Of a DNA stretch of 64,000 bases, positions 7,941-17,892 are shown piece by piece (positions within the stretch are counted from its first letter, which is position 1; each line of letters starts with the position of its first letter). The stretch is from an uncultured Bacillota bacterium. Its GTDB lineage: Bacteria > Bacillota_I > Bacilli_A > RFN20 > CAG-826. The notes below the pieces were generated by a model. The model was not told the DNA's origin, did no database searches, and saw nothing but the letters and a program-made list of their open reading frames with translations. The stretch lies in assembly GCA_937876465.1 (NCBI GenBank), contig CALEHV010000019.1:24077-88076 (forward strand), given 5' to 3'. Both the position numbers and the translations under genes were made by a program.

Positions 7941-10637
7941 ATGAGAAGATTTATCGCTTACATTGCTATGGCTCTATCAATGCTCTTGTGCGTTGGAGTA
8001 GCTTTTGTACCTGTATTTTCACACATCACATCAGGTAGAGAATTCACAAAAGGAAATGAGATTGTTTACAAACTTTCCGACAAAAATGGTGCAGATACCG
8101 ATCTCGCATCCGACAAAGATGCAGCTAACAAAGTTGCAGAAGAAATGCGCAATCGTTTAGATGCATATAAAGTTGAAGATTATTCAGTCCGTGTCGAAGG
8201 AAACGACCAAGTTCGTGTTTCATTTAGAGCTGAAAACGAAAATGTATACAATCACATCGCAAGTTATCTTTCATTCAGCGGTGGTGATTTCTCATTAGCA
8301 ACAAGCGGCGAAAAAGAAGTTGAATCACGTTTAGTTCACGATAAAATCTTCAAAGATTCTAAAGCTTATGTACATAGAGTTGAAGACGTTATTCCATACG
8401 TCATTTTCCCAATTAGTGATACAGCAGAGTTAAAAACTCTTATCGAATCATTAACTCCTGCAGAAGAAAAAGGTAACACCGAAAGTACAATTCACGTTTT
8501 ACGTGAAGGCGAAAACGGTGAAGAAGAAGAACCAAAAAATCCTGACATCTTCATGTGGGCAAACTGGGAAGAAGGAGATTTGTTCGAAAACTATAACAAA
8601 GATCCTAACATCAATAAAAAGGTCTTCGCACAATTCATCCACGATGATATTTGGTTTAAAGAAGGACTTAAGGAAGACGAAGAACCTTCATCAATTATGT
8701 ATCTTCCAACACCAGATATGACTGACAAATACGATACATCTAAGTTAAAACAAGCAAACGAAGATGCTATTTGGTTAGTCAACATGTTCAATGCTTCCAA
8801 GTACGAATATGCTGTCGACAATATGTTTACAGTCGAATCTGCAAGCTATGGCAATAACACTTATGCTAATGTCGAAATTAAGCAAAACGCTACTGCAGAA
8901 CAATTAATCCAAGGCGATAAGGTTTTAATCTCAGCAACATTAATTTCAACATTAATCGCTGTTGTAGTTGTTTCATTAATTCTTGTTATGTTCTATAGAA
9001 TTAGTGCTCTTGGAGTTATTGCAAACTCAGTCACAAGTACATTCTTAGCATTCTTAATCTTTAGATTTATTGGTGCAACTATGAATATAGGTGCAATCAT
9101 TGGTGGAATTCTTATTGCTATAGCAACAACTGCTATTGGCATACTCTACTGCAATAAACTTAAAGAAGAAGTTTATAAAGGACGTTCATTAAGAAAATCA
9201 CATCAAGAAGCTGCAAAGAAGATTATTCTTCCAACAATTGATGTCAACGTAGTTGCTTCATTCGCTGGTTTAATGATTTATTTCATCGCAGGTAATTCAT
9301 TTAAGTCACTTGGAATAGTTTTATTCTTTGGTGGCATCGTTTCACTTGTAATGACATTATTGTTCTTCAGAATCAATATGTGGTTACTTTGTAACTCTCA
9401 CAATATGCAAGAAAACTACAAACTTCTTAATCTTGATGAAAAAGCAGTTCCAAATATCATGAAGGAGGAAAAATCAACATATGTTGCTCCTTACGAAAAT
9501 AAGAACTTCACAGCTAAGAAGAAACCAGTTGCTATTGTTTCCTTACTTTTAGCTGTTGCTTCAGTTGCTACTATCGTCACATTTGGTGTTATCAACAAAT
9601 CACCATTAAATGTTTCTGCTAATAGTGCTGAATCGACACAACTTTATGTTTCTATTAAGAAAGATACTCCAAATCTTTCAACTGAGGACGGATTCAAAGC
9701 AAAAGTTTTGGATAATATCACATTAGATGGTGAAAAAGCAGTTGCATACAAAAATATTGATATTTTAGATACAGCAACCTATTCTTATAAAGATGAAATT
9801 ACAACTAAGTATAAATACTTTGTTGTTTCATACAATGCTACATTCGCAGAAAATCAAAAATTCTACGAAAAAGGTGATACAGAAAAATCAAACGCTTATG
9901 AATCACTTGATGAAATTGCTGCAATGTTAGCTTCAAAAGCAGAAGTTGAAGGCACAATTACTCCATTAGATTACATTGATGCTTCATCAAAGATTTCTCA
10001 TGAAACAGTTGTTACTTCAAACCAAGGCTTTGTCGCTCTCGCATGTGCTATAGCAATTGTTGGCGCATCCCTCTACTTTGCATTACGTTATCGTCCATCA
10101 AGAGGTCTTGCTGCTTTAGTTGGTACATCTTTAACAACATTAATTACTTACGGCTTATTCGTAATGTGCAGAATTCAAACTACTGGATTATGCTCAATTA
10201 TTATGCCAATCGCAACTATCATTTCTTTAGTCACATTCGTATTCTTCTTTGAAAAAGAAAAAGAAATGATTAAAGAGCAAAAAGTTGAATTAGATCAAGA
10301 AGCAAGAAACGGTATTATGATTAAAGCAACTTCATATGCTGCTCCTCCAATATTCATTGTTTCAATTATTGCTTCCTATATTGCAATTAACTACTTTGCA
10401 TTTGGCAATATATCCTTCTCATTAATATTTGCAGGATTATTAATTGCAGTCATTCTTACAGCACTTCTTGCAACTTCATTACTTGGACCAACTGCTCAAT
10501 TATTCTCAAAATGGTTCAAAGGCATTAAGTTACCAACTATCAAGATTGATAGAAGCAAGAAACAACGCATTAAAATGCAAGCAAAACCAAAAACAAGTGA
10601 ACCAGAAGAAACAGTCTTCATTGGTATCAACGACTAA
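7941..10637 (+). CDS. secDF: Fused protein-export membrane protein SecDF
   Basis: 12 TM segments with two large extracytoplasmic domains and SecD/SecF RND-like motifs. Start taken at MRRFIAYIAMALS; the track ORF extends upstream without an RBS. Confidence 0.85.
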   Translation: MRRFIAYIAMALSMLLCVGVAFVPVFSHITSGREFTKGNEIVYKLSDKNGADTDLASDKDAANKVAEEMRNRLDAYKVEDYSVRVEGNDQVRVSFRAENENVYNHIASYLSFSGGDFSLATSGEKEVESRLVHDKIFKDSKAYVHRVEDVIPYVIFPISDTAELKTLIESLTPAEEKGNTESTIHVLREGENGEEEEPKNPDIFMWANWEEGDLFENYNKDPNINKKVFAQFIHDDIWFKEGLKEDEEPSSIMYLPTPDMTDKYDTSKLKQANEDAIWLVNMFNASKYEYAVDNMFTVESASYGNNTYANVEIKQNATAEQLIQGDKVLISATLISTLIAVVVVSLILVMFYRISALGVIANSVTSTFLAFLIFRFIGATMNIGAIIGGILIAIATTAIGILYCNKLKEEVYKGRSLRKSHQEAAKKIILPTIDVNVVASFAGLMIYFIAGNSFKSLGIVLFFGGIVSLVMTLLFFRINMWLLCNSHNMQENYKLLNLDEKAVPNIMKEEKSTYVAPYENKNFTAKKKPVAIVSLLLAVASVATIVTFGVINKSPLNVSANSAESTQLYVSIKKDTPNLSTEDGFKAKVLDNITLDGEKAVAYKNIDILDTATYSYKDEITTKYKYFVVSYNATFAENQKFYEKGDTEKSNAYESLDEIAAMLASKAEVEGTITPLDYIDASSKISHETVVTSNQGFVALACAIAIVGASLYFALRYRPSRGLAALVGTSLTTLITYGLFVMCRIQTTGLCSIIMPIATIISLVTFVFFFEKEKEMIKEQKVELDQEARNGIMIKATSYAAPPIFIVSIIASYIAINYFAFGNISFSLIFAGLLIAVILTALLATSLLGPTAQLFSKWFKGIKLPTIKIDRSKKQRIKMQAKPKTSEPEETVFIGIND

Positions 10638-10645
10638 CTAATTAC

Positions 10646-10673
10646 GGGCTACTTTAAAGTAGCCCTTTTATTT
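10646..10673 (+). terminator. Terminator after secDF
   Basis: GGGCTACTTTAAAGTAGCCC perfect hairpin plus TTTTATTT. Confidence 0.65.
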
Positions 10674-10675
10674 AA

Positions 10676-12235
10676 ATGAACACTTTTTTAGCAAAATTAT
10701 TAAATTACTTTAATTTGACAGAAGACGAATACAACTATATGTCTCGTCCAATTGATCAAATTGTTTTGAAAGATCCAAACAAAATTGATGGAATGGATAA
10801 AGTAGTTTTGCGAATCAAAAAAGCAATCGAAAATAAAGAAAAAATAATAGTTTATGGCGACTATGATTGTGATGGAATTACCGCGACATCAATCATTGTA
10901 AAGACTTTTGAAAAATTAAATTACCCAATAGCAAGTTACATACCTTCAAGATACTTGGATGGTTACGGCTTAAATGTTGAAAATGTATTAAAAATACATA
11001 AAGCTGATTATAAGTTAATAATTTGTGTCGATAATGGCATAAGCGCACATGACGCAATTAATAAAGCTAACGAACTAGGAGTAGACGTTTTAGTTGTTGA
11101 TCATCACGAGATTCCTGAAGAGCAAGTTAAAGCAGTGGGGATCATTCACCCAATCGTTTCTCATATTTCTGATATCGTTGGTTCTGGCGGATACATGTCT
11201 TTATTTGTTTCAGCAGCATTACTTGGCTATTATGATGATTATTTAGTTACATTAGCAGGCTTATCAGTTATCTCAGATTTAATGGAATTAAAAGATTACA
11301 ATCGTGATGTAGTTAGATTAGCTTTAAATAACTTCCAACAAAAAGGTTATATAAGCCTTCGTTTATTACTTGATAGTCCAATTATTACTGAAAAGTCTTT
11401 TGCGCTTGATATTGCGCCTAAAATCAATGCAATTGGAAGAATGATAGAAGACACTTCGGTCAATAAGCTTGTTAAGTATTTAACAACCGAAAATAGAGAC
11501 GAGCTTTATAGTCTAAGAGATTGGATTATTGAAAATAACGAAAAACGTAAATTATTAACTAAAGAAGCAGTTGAATGTCTACCTATTGTTAAAGATCAAA
11601 AAGGCATTTGCATTTTAACAAATATGAAGGAAGGATTAATTGGACTTATAGTCAATCGACTATTAAATGAATATAACGTCCCTTCAATTGTCTTCACTCA
11701 AGAAAATAAAAATCCAGATATTATCAAAGGTTCCATTCGTTCAAAAGAGGGTTTCAATGTTATGAAAGCATTTGATTCTCTTAAAAAATACATTATTGAA
11801 GGCGGTGGACACGCTTTTGCTGGCGGATTATCTATTAAGAAATCAGATTTCGAAGCATTCAAAAAGGATTTCATTGAACTATGTTCAAAATATCCAATTC
11901 AAGAAGAAAAGACTGACTCAATCGATATTGAACTCAAAGACTTTAATTCTGAGTCTTACGAAATCTTAAGAACGTTTGCCCCATTTGGAATGGGATTCAA
12001 GGAACCAGCATTCCTAATTAGAGGTATTCCAACTCAAAGACTTACATTTATCTCTCAAGGTAAGCATTTATCACACAAGTTGGCTCTTAAGTCAAAACTC
12101 TTAGGTTTCAATATGAATGAAGGAGAAATCAAAGCAAATAGATATATTAATATCTATGGAAGCTTCGGAATCTCATCATTCAAAGGAATGGACACATTAG
12201 AATTTAGAATTAATAAATACGAAAAAGACGAATAA
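10676..12235 (+). CDS. recJ: Single-stranded-DNA-specific exonuclease RecJ (short form)
   Basis: DHH motifs (GDYDCDGIT, VVDHHE) and DHHA1 GGGHAFAGG. At 519 aa it has no C-terminal OB-fold extension. Confidence 0.75.
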   Translation: MNTFLAKLLNYFNLTEDEYNYMSRPIDQIVLKDPNKIDGMDKVVLRIKKAIENKEKIIVYGDYDCDGITATSIIVKTFEKLNYPIASYIPSRYLDGYGLNVENVLKIHKADYKLIICVDNGISAHDAINKANELGVDVLVVDHHEIPEEQVKAVGIIHPIVSHISDIVGSGGYMSLFVSAALLGYYDDYLVTLAGLSVISDLMELKDYNRDVVRLALNNFQQKGYISLRLLLDSPIITEKSFALDIAPKINAIGRMIEDTSVNKLVKYLTTENRDELYSLRDWIIENNEKRKLLTKEAVECLPIVKDQKGICILTNMKEGLIGLIVNRLLNEYNVPSIVFTQENKNPDIIKGSIRSKEGFNVMKAFDSLKKYIIEGGGHAFAGGLSIKKSDFEAFKKDFIELCSKYPIQEEKTDSIDIELKDFNSESYEILRTFAPFGMGFKEPAFLIRGIPTQRLTFISQGKHLSHKLALKSKLLGFNMNEGEIKANRYINIYGSFGISSFKGMDTLEFRINKYEKDE

Positions 12236-12272
12236 TAAAAAAAGGATTGCGGTGACCCGTAATCCTTTTTGA
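12236..12272. terminator. Bidirectional terminator between recJ and the minus-strand lipoprotein gene
   Basis: A-run, AGGATTGCGG-TGAC-CCGTAATCCT hairpin, T-run. Confidence 0.6.
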
Positions 12273-12284
12273 TTTGTTTAATAA

Positions 12285-13526
12285 TTATTCAACAACAACT
12301 GTAAGTGTTAATTTATACCAGGATTGTGTATATGAAGCACTTGAGCCAACTGAATATGTCATATCTTTATCGTTAACGACATAATTCTTGATAGCATGTG
12401 TGCCTTCTTTTCCACCATCAGTGCCTGTTAATAAAGTACCTGCTGTAGAAGCACCTGCATAAACTTTTGCTGATTCACTACTATAGTAGTCGTTTGAAAC
12501 ATCTGTAATCTTGCCGTTTGGAGCAGAGATTGTCATTGTTTTGCCTTTCTTAAGTGTGAATTCATCATATTTTGCTGTGTTAAATCCGCTACCTGCAGAC
12601 CATTTAAAGACTAATGGTTTGTAGATGTGTTCGCTTGTTTCTTCTGCTAAATAGTAATTAACATCAAGAGCTGAAGATGAAGCTGTATCAAGTGGTAAAC
12701 CTGAATTTGCTTTTGTAACTGTTAATGTGTATGTTCCTGCTGGAAGATCTTCTTCAACTAAAGTATTTGGAACAACGACAATATTACATTCGGCTTTACC
12801 ATCGACTGGTAAGAGATATTTGCCTGAAGTTTCTGCTACTGGAACGCCTTTATAGAAAACATTTCTAACAGCATAACCAGATTCTGGTGTAACAGTAATT
12901 TCTGCATTAGTACCATTTACATATGATTCTTCAATGCCTGTTACTGTGCAGTGTTCTGGGCTATTGAATGTGATTTTTGAAGAACCTACCTCGTAGGAAA
13001 GCATTTCACAGTCCATTGCGCCGCCGCCATTTGATGGATAAAGTGTATATCTTCCATCATAGTATTCACCATAAGCGTGAATGACAACTTCATCACCATC
13101 AAAGATTGATTCAGTTGTGATTGTTGAACCTGAAGCACGAATGCAGCGGAATACTGGTAATCCTTCTTCTGTTCCTACTTTTTCTCCATCAAATAAGTGC
13201 ATTGAGTCATAAACTTTAACAGTATCGCTAAAGTTTTTCACTGTTCCATACTTAATTGATGTACGGTTGATACCTTTGACATAGAATCTAGCACTTGAAT
13301 AAGTTGATTCGATTCCGCCGATATCTTTTTCTACTTCTTCTTGAAATTGAGCAACAGTTAATGGTGCTTCAGCTGTACCATAGTTAACACCTGGTTTTGG
13401 TCCAGTAGTAGTACTTGAACCTGTTGAGGTAGATGTACTTGTTCCAGAAGTAGTACTTCCTCCGTTGCCGCCACAACTTGCTAAAAGAAGTGTTGCGCCA
13501 AGGAGTACAAATAATTTTTTGTTCAT
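12285..13526 (-). CDS. Surface lipoprotein, hypothetical (413 aa)
   Basis: Signal peptide with LLASC lipobox and a Ser/Thr/Gly-rich linker, then an uncharacterised beta-rich domain. AGGAGAG RBS. Confidence 0.7.
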   Translation of the reverse strand: MNKKLFVLLGATLLLASCGGNGGSTTSGTSTSTSTGSSTTTGPKPGVNYGTAEAPLTVAQFQEEVEKDIGGIESTYSSARFYVKGINRTSIKYGTVKNFSDTVKVYDSMHLFDGEKVGTEEGLPVFRCIRASGSTITTESIFDGDEVVIHAYGEYYDGRYTLYPSNGGGAMDCEMLSYEVGSSKITFNSPEHCTVTGIEESYVNGTNAEITVTPESGYAVRNVFYKGVPVAETSGKYLLPVDGKAECNIVVVPNTLVEEDLPAGTYTLTVTKANSGLPLDTASSSALDVNYYLAEETSEHIYKPLVFKWSAGSGFNTAKYDEFTLKKGKTMTISAPNGKITDVSNDYYSSESAKVYAGASTAGTLLTGTDGGKEGTHAIKNYVVNDKDMTYSVGSSASYTQSWYKLTLTVVVE

Positions 13527-13619
13527 TAGAACTCTCCTTTATAATTTATTTCATTTTAATTTGAAATAAGCGTTTTGTAAATTGTTTAAAAATTAAACAT
13601 CATTTCACCTTTGATTTTG

Positions 13620-13648
13620 TTTACATAAACGCGCGTAAACTTTATTAT
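13620..13648 (+). promoter_or_regulatory. Promoter of the plus-strand lipoprotein gene with an embedded palindrome
   Basis: TTTACA-17 nt-TATTAT. The spacer holds the GTTTAC..ACGCGCGT..GTAAAC inverted repeat, which is CG-rich in an AT-rich genome. Confidence 0.4.
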
Positions 13649-13670
13649 ATAAATAAGTAAAGGCATACAT

Positions 13671-15491
13671 ATGAAAAAACATATTTTATTAATTCTTCCT
13701 ATTGTTGCTGCATCATTATTTTCCTGTGGAAATAATGCGCCAACAACATCATCAACCGGAAGTACTACAACTAGTTCTACACAAGAACACCCAACAACTA
13801 TCGATCCAACATCGCCTTATGTAACATCTACAACTGATGCTGCAACAGCGGTTGAAATCATAGAAGTTAGCGAAGCTCCTACTAAAGTAGAATTAGGAGT
13901 TCAACTCGATCCAACACTTATCAACTTAAAAATTAGATTGTCAGATAATACAACAATTTTTAGACACCCAGATTACACAGAGATTGATTTCACTGATAAA
14001 TCTTTAGGAGATGATGTAACATGTGTTTGCCATTATAAAGAATTAACTAAATCTTTTGATTTAGTAATTGCTGAATCTCCATACGATGTCGTCAACTATT
14101 CGAGCCCGGGATCAATTTCAACATCCTATATTGAATGGTCTTTTGCCCCAGCAACTGGTGCTAAATTTATTGCAAAAACTGCAGGAAATACAGCAAACCA
14201 AGCTCTTGCACTTAAATGGGATACAAAAGATACTCAAATTGGTATTGGAATGGCAAAATCTCAAGGAAAAATTACTAAGGTAAAATTAACATTTAGTGCC
14301 AATAATTCATATAAAGAAGGGGAGAAAAAATCTCAAATAGGTATTTATGGTAAAGCTACTCCATTTGCTGGACTTAAAGACTTTGAAGCATTAACAAAAG
14401 CAAATACAGATTATAGCGTCTTATATGATGGAAATGCAGAAGAAAAAACATATGAAATTGATGTCTCTTCAGGCAACTTTACTTACGTTGCATTTAAAGC
14501 TATTGGTGCAAACTCTAGTTATTTGAAAGAGATTAAAATCTCTTATGACGAAAATGTTAAACCAGCAGCACTTGAATCCATTTCAATTTCTGGCAAGCCA
14601 ACTGCAGAAATTATTGATACTGAATGGAACTTCAGTGAAGTTATTGTTACAGGTAACTTTGCTGGTGGTATCAAAGGCGATTTAACTAACGGCTGTGCAA
14701 TTACAAGTTTGGCTCCGATTCCAAGTGAAATTAAGTTGGAACACGAAATCTCTGTAACAGCACAATATGCTCATGAATCAAAAAGTGTTACTGATACATT
14801 AGTAGCTGAAGTTATTGGACCAACAGCGATTACCGCAATACTTGAAAAACCAACAGAAGTTGCATTCAATCAACCTCTTGATGTTAGTGAAGTTTTATTA
14901 AGAATTAGATTAAGTAATGTAACTGATGTAGATAGAAACCCAACATCCATCGATATTGATTGGACTGGTAAATCTGTTGGAGATACTGTTGAAGTTGTTT
15001 GTAATTACTTAGGAGTATCAAAATCATTCGAAGCAACTGTTGTTGCAGGAAAGACAACTGCATTTGAAGTTGAATATGGTACTGCTGATAGTAAATTCTC
15101 AATGAGCTTATATACGAAAGACTCAGCAAACCATTGCTATATAGAAAATAACAGCACAGTGGATACAGACGGTTATGTTCAATATTTGAACACAGCAGCA
15201 TATTGGACAGATTCACCAAGTAAGATTACTGTTAAGGCAAATCTTGGTGGTGGATCAACCAAAACATTTGATGAAGGATACGAACTAAGAGTAGCCTTAT
15301 TAGATGTAAGTGGAAATATTATTTCCAGCACTGAGAAAACTATAACAAATAAGATTGAAGAGAAAACCGGAAAAGAATACTCGCTTGTATATACAAATGT
15401 TGCAAACGTCGCAGGCGTAAGAATTATTCACAAAAAGCTTTCCGGTTACAATACAAGAATTTACGGATTTTCACTCGAATATATCTCATAA
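13671..15491 (+). CDS. Large surface lipoprotein with an internally duplicated domain (606 aa)
   Basis: LFSC lipobox and Ser/Thr-rich linker. Two homologous ~60-aa segments (LKIRLSDNTTIFRHPDYTEIDFTDKSLGDDVTCVCHY / LRIRLSNVTDVDRNPTSIDIDWTGKSVGDTVEVVCNY). Confidence 0.7.
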   Translation: MKKHILLILPIVAASLFSCGNNAPTTSSTGSTTTSSTQEHPTTIDPTSPYVTSTTDAATAVEIIEVSEAPTKVELGVQLDPTLINLKIRLSDNTTIFRHPDYTEIDFTDKSLGDDVTCVCHYKELTKSFDLVIAESPYDVVNYSSPGSISTSYIEWSFAPATGAKFIAKTAGNTANQALALKWDTKDTQIGIGMAKSQGKITKVKLTFSANNSYKEGEKKSQIGIYGKATPFAGLKDFEALTKANTDYSVLYDGNAEEKTYEIDVSSGNFTYVAFKAIGANSSYLKEIKISYDENVKPAALESISISGKPTAEIIDTEWNFSEVIVTGNFAGGIKGDLTNGCAITSLAPIPSEIKLEHEISVTAQYAHESKSVTDTLVAEVIGPTAITAILEKPTEVAFNQPLDVSEVLLRIRLSNVTDVDRNPTSIDIDWTGKSVGDTVEVVCNYLGVSKSFEATVVAGKTTAFEVEYGTADSKFSMSLYTKDSANHCYIENNSTVDTDGYVQYLNTAAYWTDSPSKITVKANLGGGSTKTFDEGYELRVALLDVSGNIISSTEKTITNKIEEKTGKEYSLVYTNVANVAGVRIIHKKLSGYNTRIYGFSLEYIS

Positions 15492-15497
15492 CAAATA

Positions 15498-15537
15498 AAG
15501 AACTCAGATTAACATATACTGGGTTCTTTTTATTTTT
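15498..15537 (+). terminator. Terminator after the lipoprotein gene
   Basis: AAGAACTCAG...CTGGGTTCTT hairpin plus T-run. Confidence 0.55.
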
Positions 15538-15565
15538 AATAAAATGAAGTATAATATGCCTAATT

Positions 15566-17776
15566 ATGGGAAATGCAGCATTAGAAGTTAAAAGTTCCAA
15601 TCGCAAATTGCATACCTTCGAAGAGGTAAAAGAGCTTTACTATGCTTACATTACCGATCGTGCAGACAGGGATATGGTTGAAAGAGCATATCTTTTTGCA
15701 CTTAAAAAACACGAAGGTCAATTCCGTAAAAGCGGTGAACCATACATTCATCATTTAATTGAAGTCTGCTACATTTTGGCTCAACTCAATTGTAGTCCAA
15801 CAACTTTATGTGCCGGACTTTTACACGATGTAGTAGAAGACACAGATACTTCGTTAGAAGACCTTAAGGTCTTTAATGACGATGTTGTAACAATAGTTGA
15901 TGCTTTAACCAAAATCCAGAGACTTAAATTATCACATAGAGATGAAGAACAATTTGTTGCTGAAGATCATCGTAAGATTTTCTTAGGCATGGCTCGTGAT
16001 GTACGTGTTATTGTTATCAAACTTGCCGATAGACTTCACAATATGCGTACCGTTGATTCTTTACCAGAACATCGCCAAAAAGCTCTTGCAAGAGAAACAA
16101 TGGAAGTCTTCGCTCCAATCGCTCATCGTCTTGGTATCAATACCATCAAAAGCGAACTTGAAGATTTATCAATTAAATATCTCGAACCAGAGAAGTTTGC
16201 TTTCGTTTCTGATTACATCAACAAAAAGATTAAAAACGGTCAAAAATCATTGGAGAATTTCTCTAAAAGAGTTGCTGATATGCTCTTGGAGCATAATATT
16301 CCATTCGAAATTGAATATAGAGTCAAATCTTTATACTCAACATATCGTAAGATTTATATTAAAAATCATAAACCAGAAGAGATTTTCGATTTGCTCGCAA
16401 TTAGAGTTATTACAGGAACAGAAGTTCAATGTTATGAAATTTTAGGTTTAATTAGTGCTGTTTATAGCCCAATCCCAGGAAGATTTAAAGATTACATTGC
16501 TGTTCCAAAACCAAATATGTATCAATCTCTCCATACCTGTGTATTATCAGGAGACGGTAATACTTTCGAAGTTCAAATTAGAACCAAGGAAATGGATGAA
16601 GTTGCTGAAAGCGGAATTGCTGCTCACTGGAGATACAAAGAAGGATCAAATTACAATCCTAAAAAGGAACAAAAAGAAATCGAAGAAAAGCTTCATTGGC
16701 TTAAAGATTTGGTCAATATTTCTGAACAGGATAGTGCAGACGCTAAAGAATACATGAAATCAATTTCTCATGATATTTTTGAGGCAAATGTTTATTGTTT
16801 TACCCCTATGGGTAAAGTTATCGACTTACCAGCGGGTGCTACTCCTTTAGATTTCGCTTATAAAATCCACACAGGCGTTGCAGAAAAAGCTGTTGGTGCA
16901 ATTGTTAATAATGTAATGGTTCCGCTCAATACAGAGCTCAAAACCGGTGACATTGTTGAAATTAAAACTTCAAAAACCTCATTAGGTCCAAACGAAGGTT
17001 GGCTTGAAGTTGCTACAACTAACTTTGCTAGGGCTCACATTAGAAAATTCTTAGCCAAAAAGAATGCTGACTTTGTTAGAGAAGATAAAATTGCTAAAGG
17101 TAGACAAGCATGCGTTGAAACATTTAGAGGCTACGGACTACCTGAAAGCGATATTGAAAAGTATTTCAATAATGAAAAGGTTTTTGAAAATTTTGGGGTT
17201 AATAATTTAGATGAACTTTTCATTGCGATTACAAGCAAAAATCCTACACCAGGAGCCGTTATTCAATTCTGTGGAATTAAACCTGTTCAAACTGCTCCAA
17301 AAACTGCAAATCCGGATTTATTAGTTAACGATGATTGCCCAGTTTATGTTCGTGGTGCAGGTTCGATTGCAATTAATCTTGGACCATGTTGTACGCCTAT
17401 ACCAGGAGACGACATTATTGGTTATATTACCAAAGGTAAAGGAATTACTGTTCACTTAAAAACATGTCCTAATATTGCTAACGAAAAGAAACGTTTAATT
17501 GAAGTTTTCTGGAAACCAAATTTACCAAAAGGAAACTATCCAGTCGATATCAAAATAGAATTTAACGATCGTCCAAATTTACTTATCGATGTCATGAACT
17601 GTTTAGCTCAAAAATCTATTCCAGTTACATCAATCAACGCTAACTTGCATACTAATACAATGACAACAGTTATTGATGCAACAATATATGTCGAAAATGC
17701 TGAACAATTAACCAATATCTTCAATGTTCTTAAGAACTTGAAGGGATTCATAGAAATCATAAGAAAGGTTAAATAA
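15566..17776 (+). CDS. relA: Bifunctional (p)ppGpp synthetase/hydrolase Rel
   Basis: HD hydrolase motif (HDVVEDT), synthetase domain, TGS and ACT domains. TATAAT lies 10 nt upstream of the ATG. Confidence 0.9.
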   Translation: MGNAALEVKSSNRKLHTFEEVKELYYAYITDRADRDMVERAYLFALKKHEGQFRKSGEPYIHHLIEVCYILAQLNCSPTTLCAGLLHDVVEDTDTSLEDLKVFNDDVVTIVDALTKIQRLKLSHRDEEQFVAEDHRKIFLGMARDVRVIVIKLADRLHNMRTVDSLPEHRQKALARETMEVFAPIAHRLGINTIKSELEDLSIKYLEPEKFAFVSDYINKKIKNGQKSLENFSKRVADMLLEHNIPFEIEYRVKSLYSTYRKIYIKNHKPEEIFDLLAIRVITGTEVQCYEILGLISAVYSPIPGRFKDYIAVPKPNMYQSLHTCVLSGDGNTFEVQIRTKEMDEVAESGIAAHWRYKEGSNYNPKKEQKEIEEKLHWLKDLVNISEQDSADAKEYMKSISHDIFEANVYCFTPMGKVIDLPAGATPLDFAYKIHTGVAEKAVGAIVNNVMVPLNTELKTGDIVEIKTSKTSLGPNEGWLEVATTNFARAHIRKFLAKKNADFVREDKIAKGRQACVETFRGYGLPESDIEKYFNNEKVFENFGVNNLDELFIAITSKNPTPGAVIQFCGIKPVQTAPKTANPDLLVNDDCPVYVRGAGSIAINLGPCCTPIPGDDIIGYITKGKGITVHLKTCPNIANEKKRLIEVFWKPNLPKGNYPVDIKIEFNDRPNLLIDVMNCLAQKSIPVTSINANLHTNTMTTVIDATIYVENAEQLTNIFNVLKNLKGFIEIIRKVK

Positions 17777-17778
17777 TA

Positions 17779-17806
17779 AAAGTCTCACTTAAGTGGGACT
17801 TTTTTA
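17779..17806 (+). terminator. Terminator after relA
   Basis: AGTCTCAC-TTAA-GTGGGACT hairpin plus TTTTTT. Confidence 0.6.
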
Positions 17807-17834
17807 ATTAAAGTATTTCCTAAATTATATATCG

Positions 17835-17863
17835 TTGTCTTTATACATAATTAAATGTATAAT
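17835..17863 (+). promoter_or_regulatory. hisS-aspS promoter
   Basis: TTGTCT-17 nt-TATAAT preceded by TG. About 25 nt leader with GGAG RBS. Too short for a T-box. Confidence 0.5.
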
Positions 17864-17892
17864 ATCAAACGATTAGAAACGGAGTTTTTATT

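Noticed and set aside
15996-16757. 149-aa and 100-aa plus-strand ORFs inside relA in other frames
   Set aside because: They are alternate-frame readings within the well-conserved Rel gene, with no RBS or conservation signal.
17807-17892. Possible T-box leader upstream of hisS, and similarly upstream of glyQS at 57080-57154 and aspS
   Set aside because: The untranslated regions are only about 30-75 nt with a simple promoter and RBS. That is far too short for a T-box, and no specifier-loop or antiterminator T-box sequence is present.
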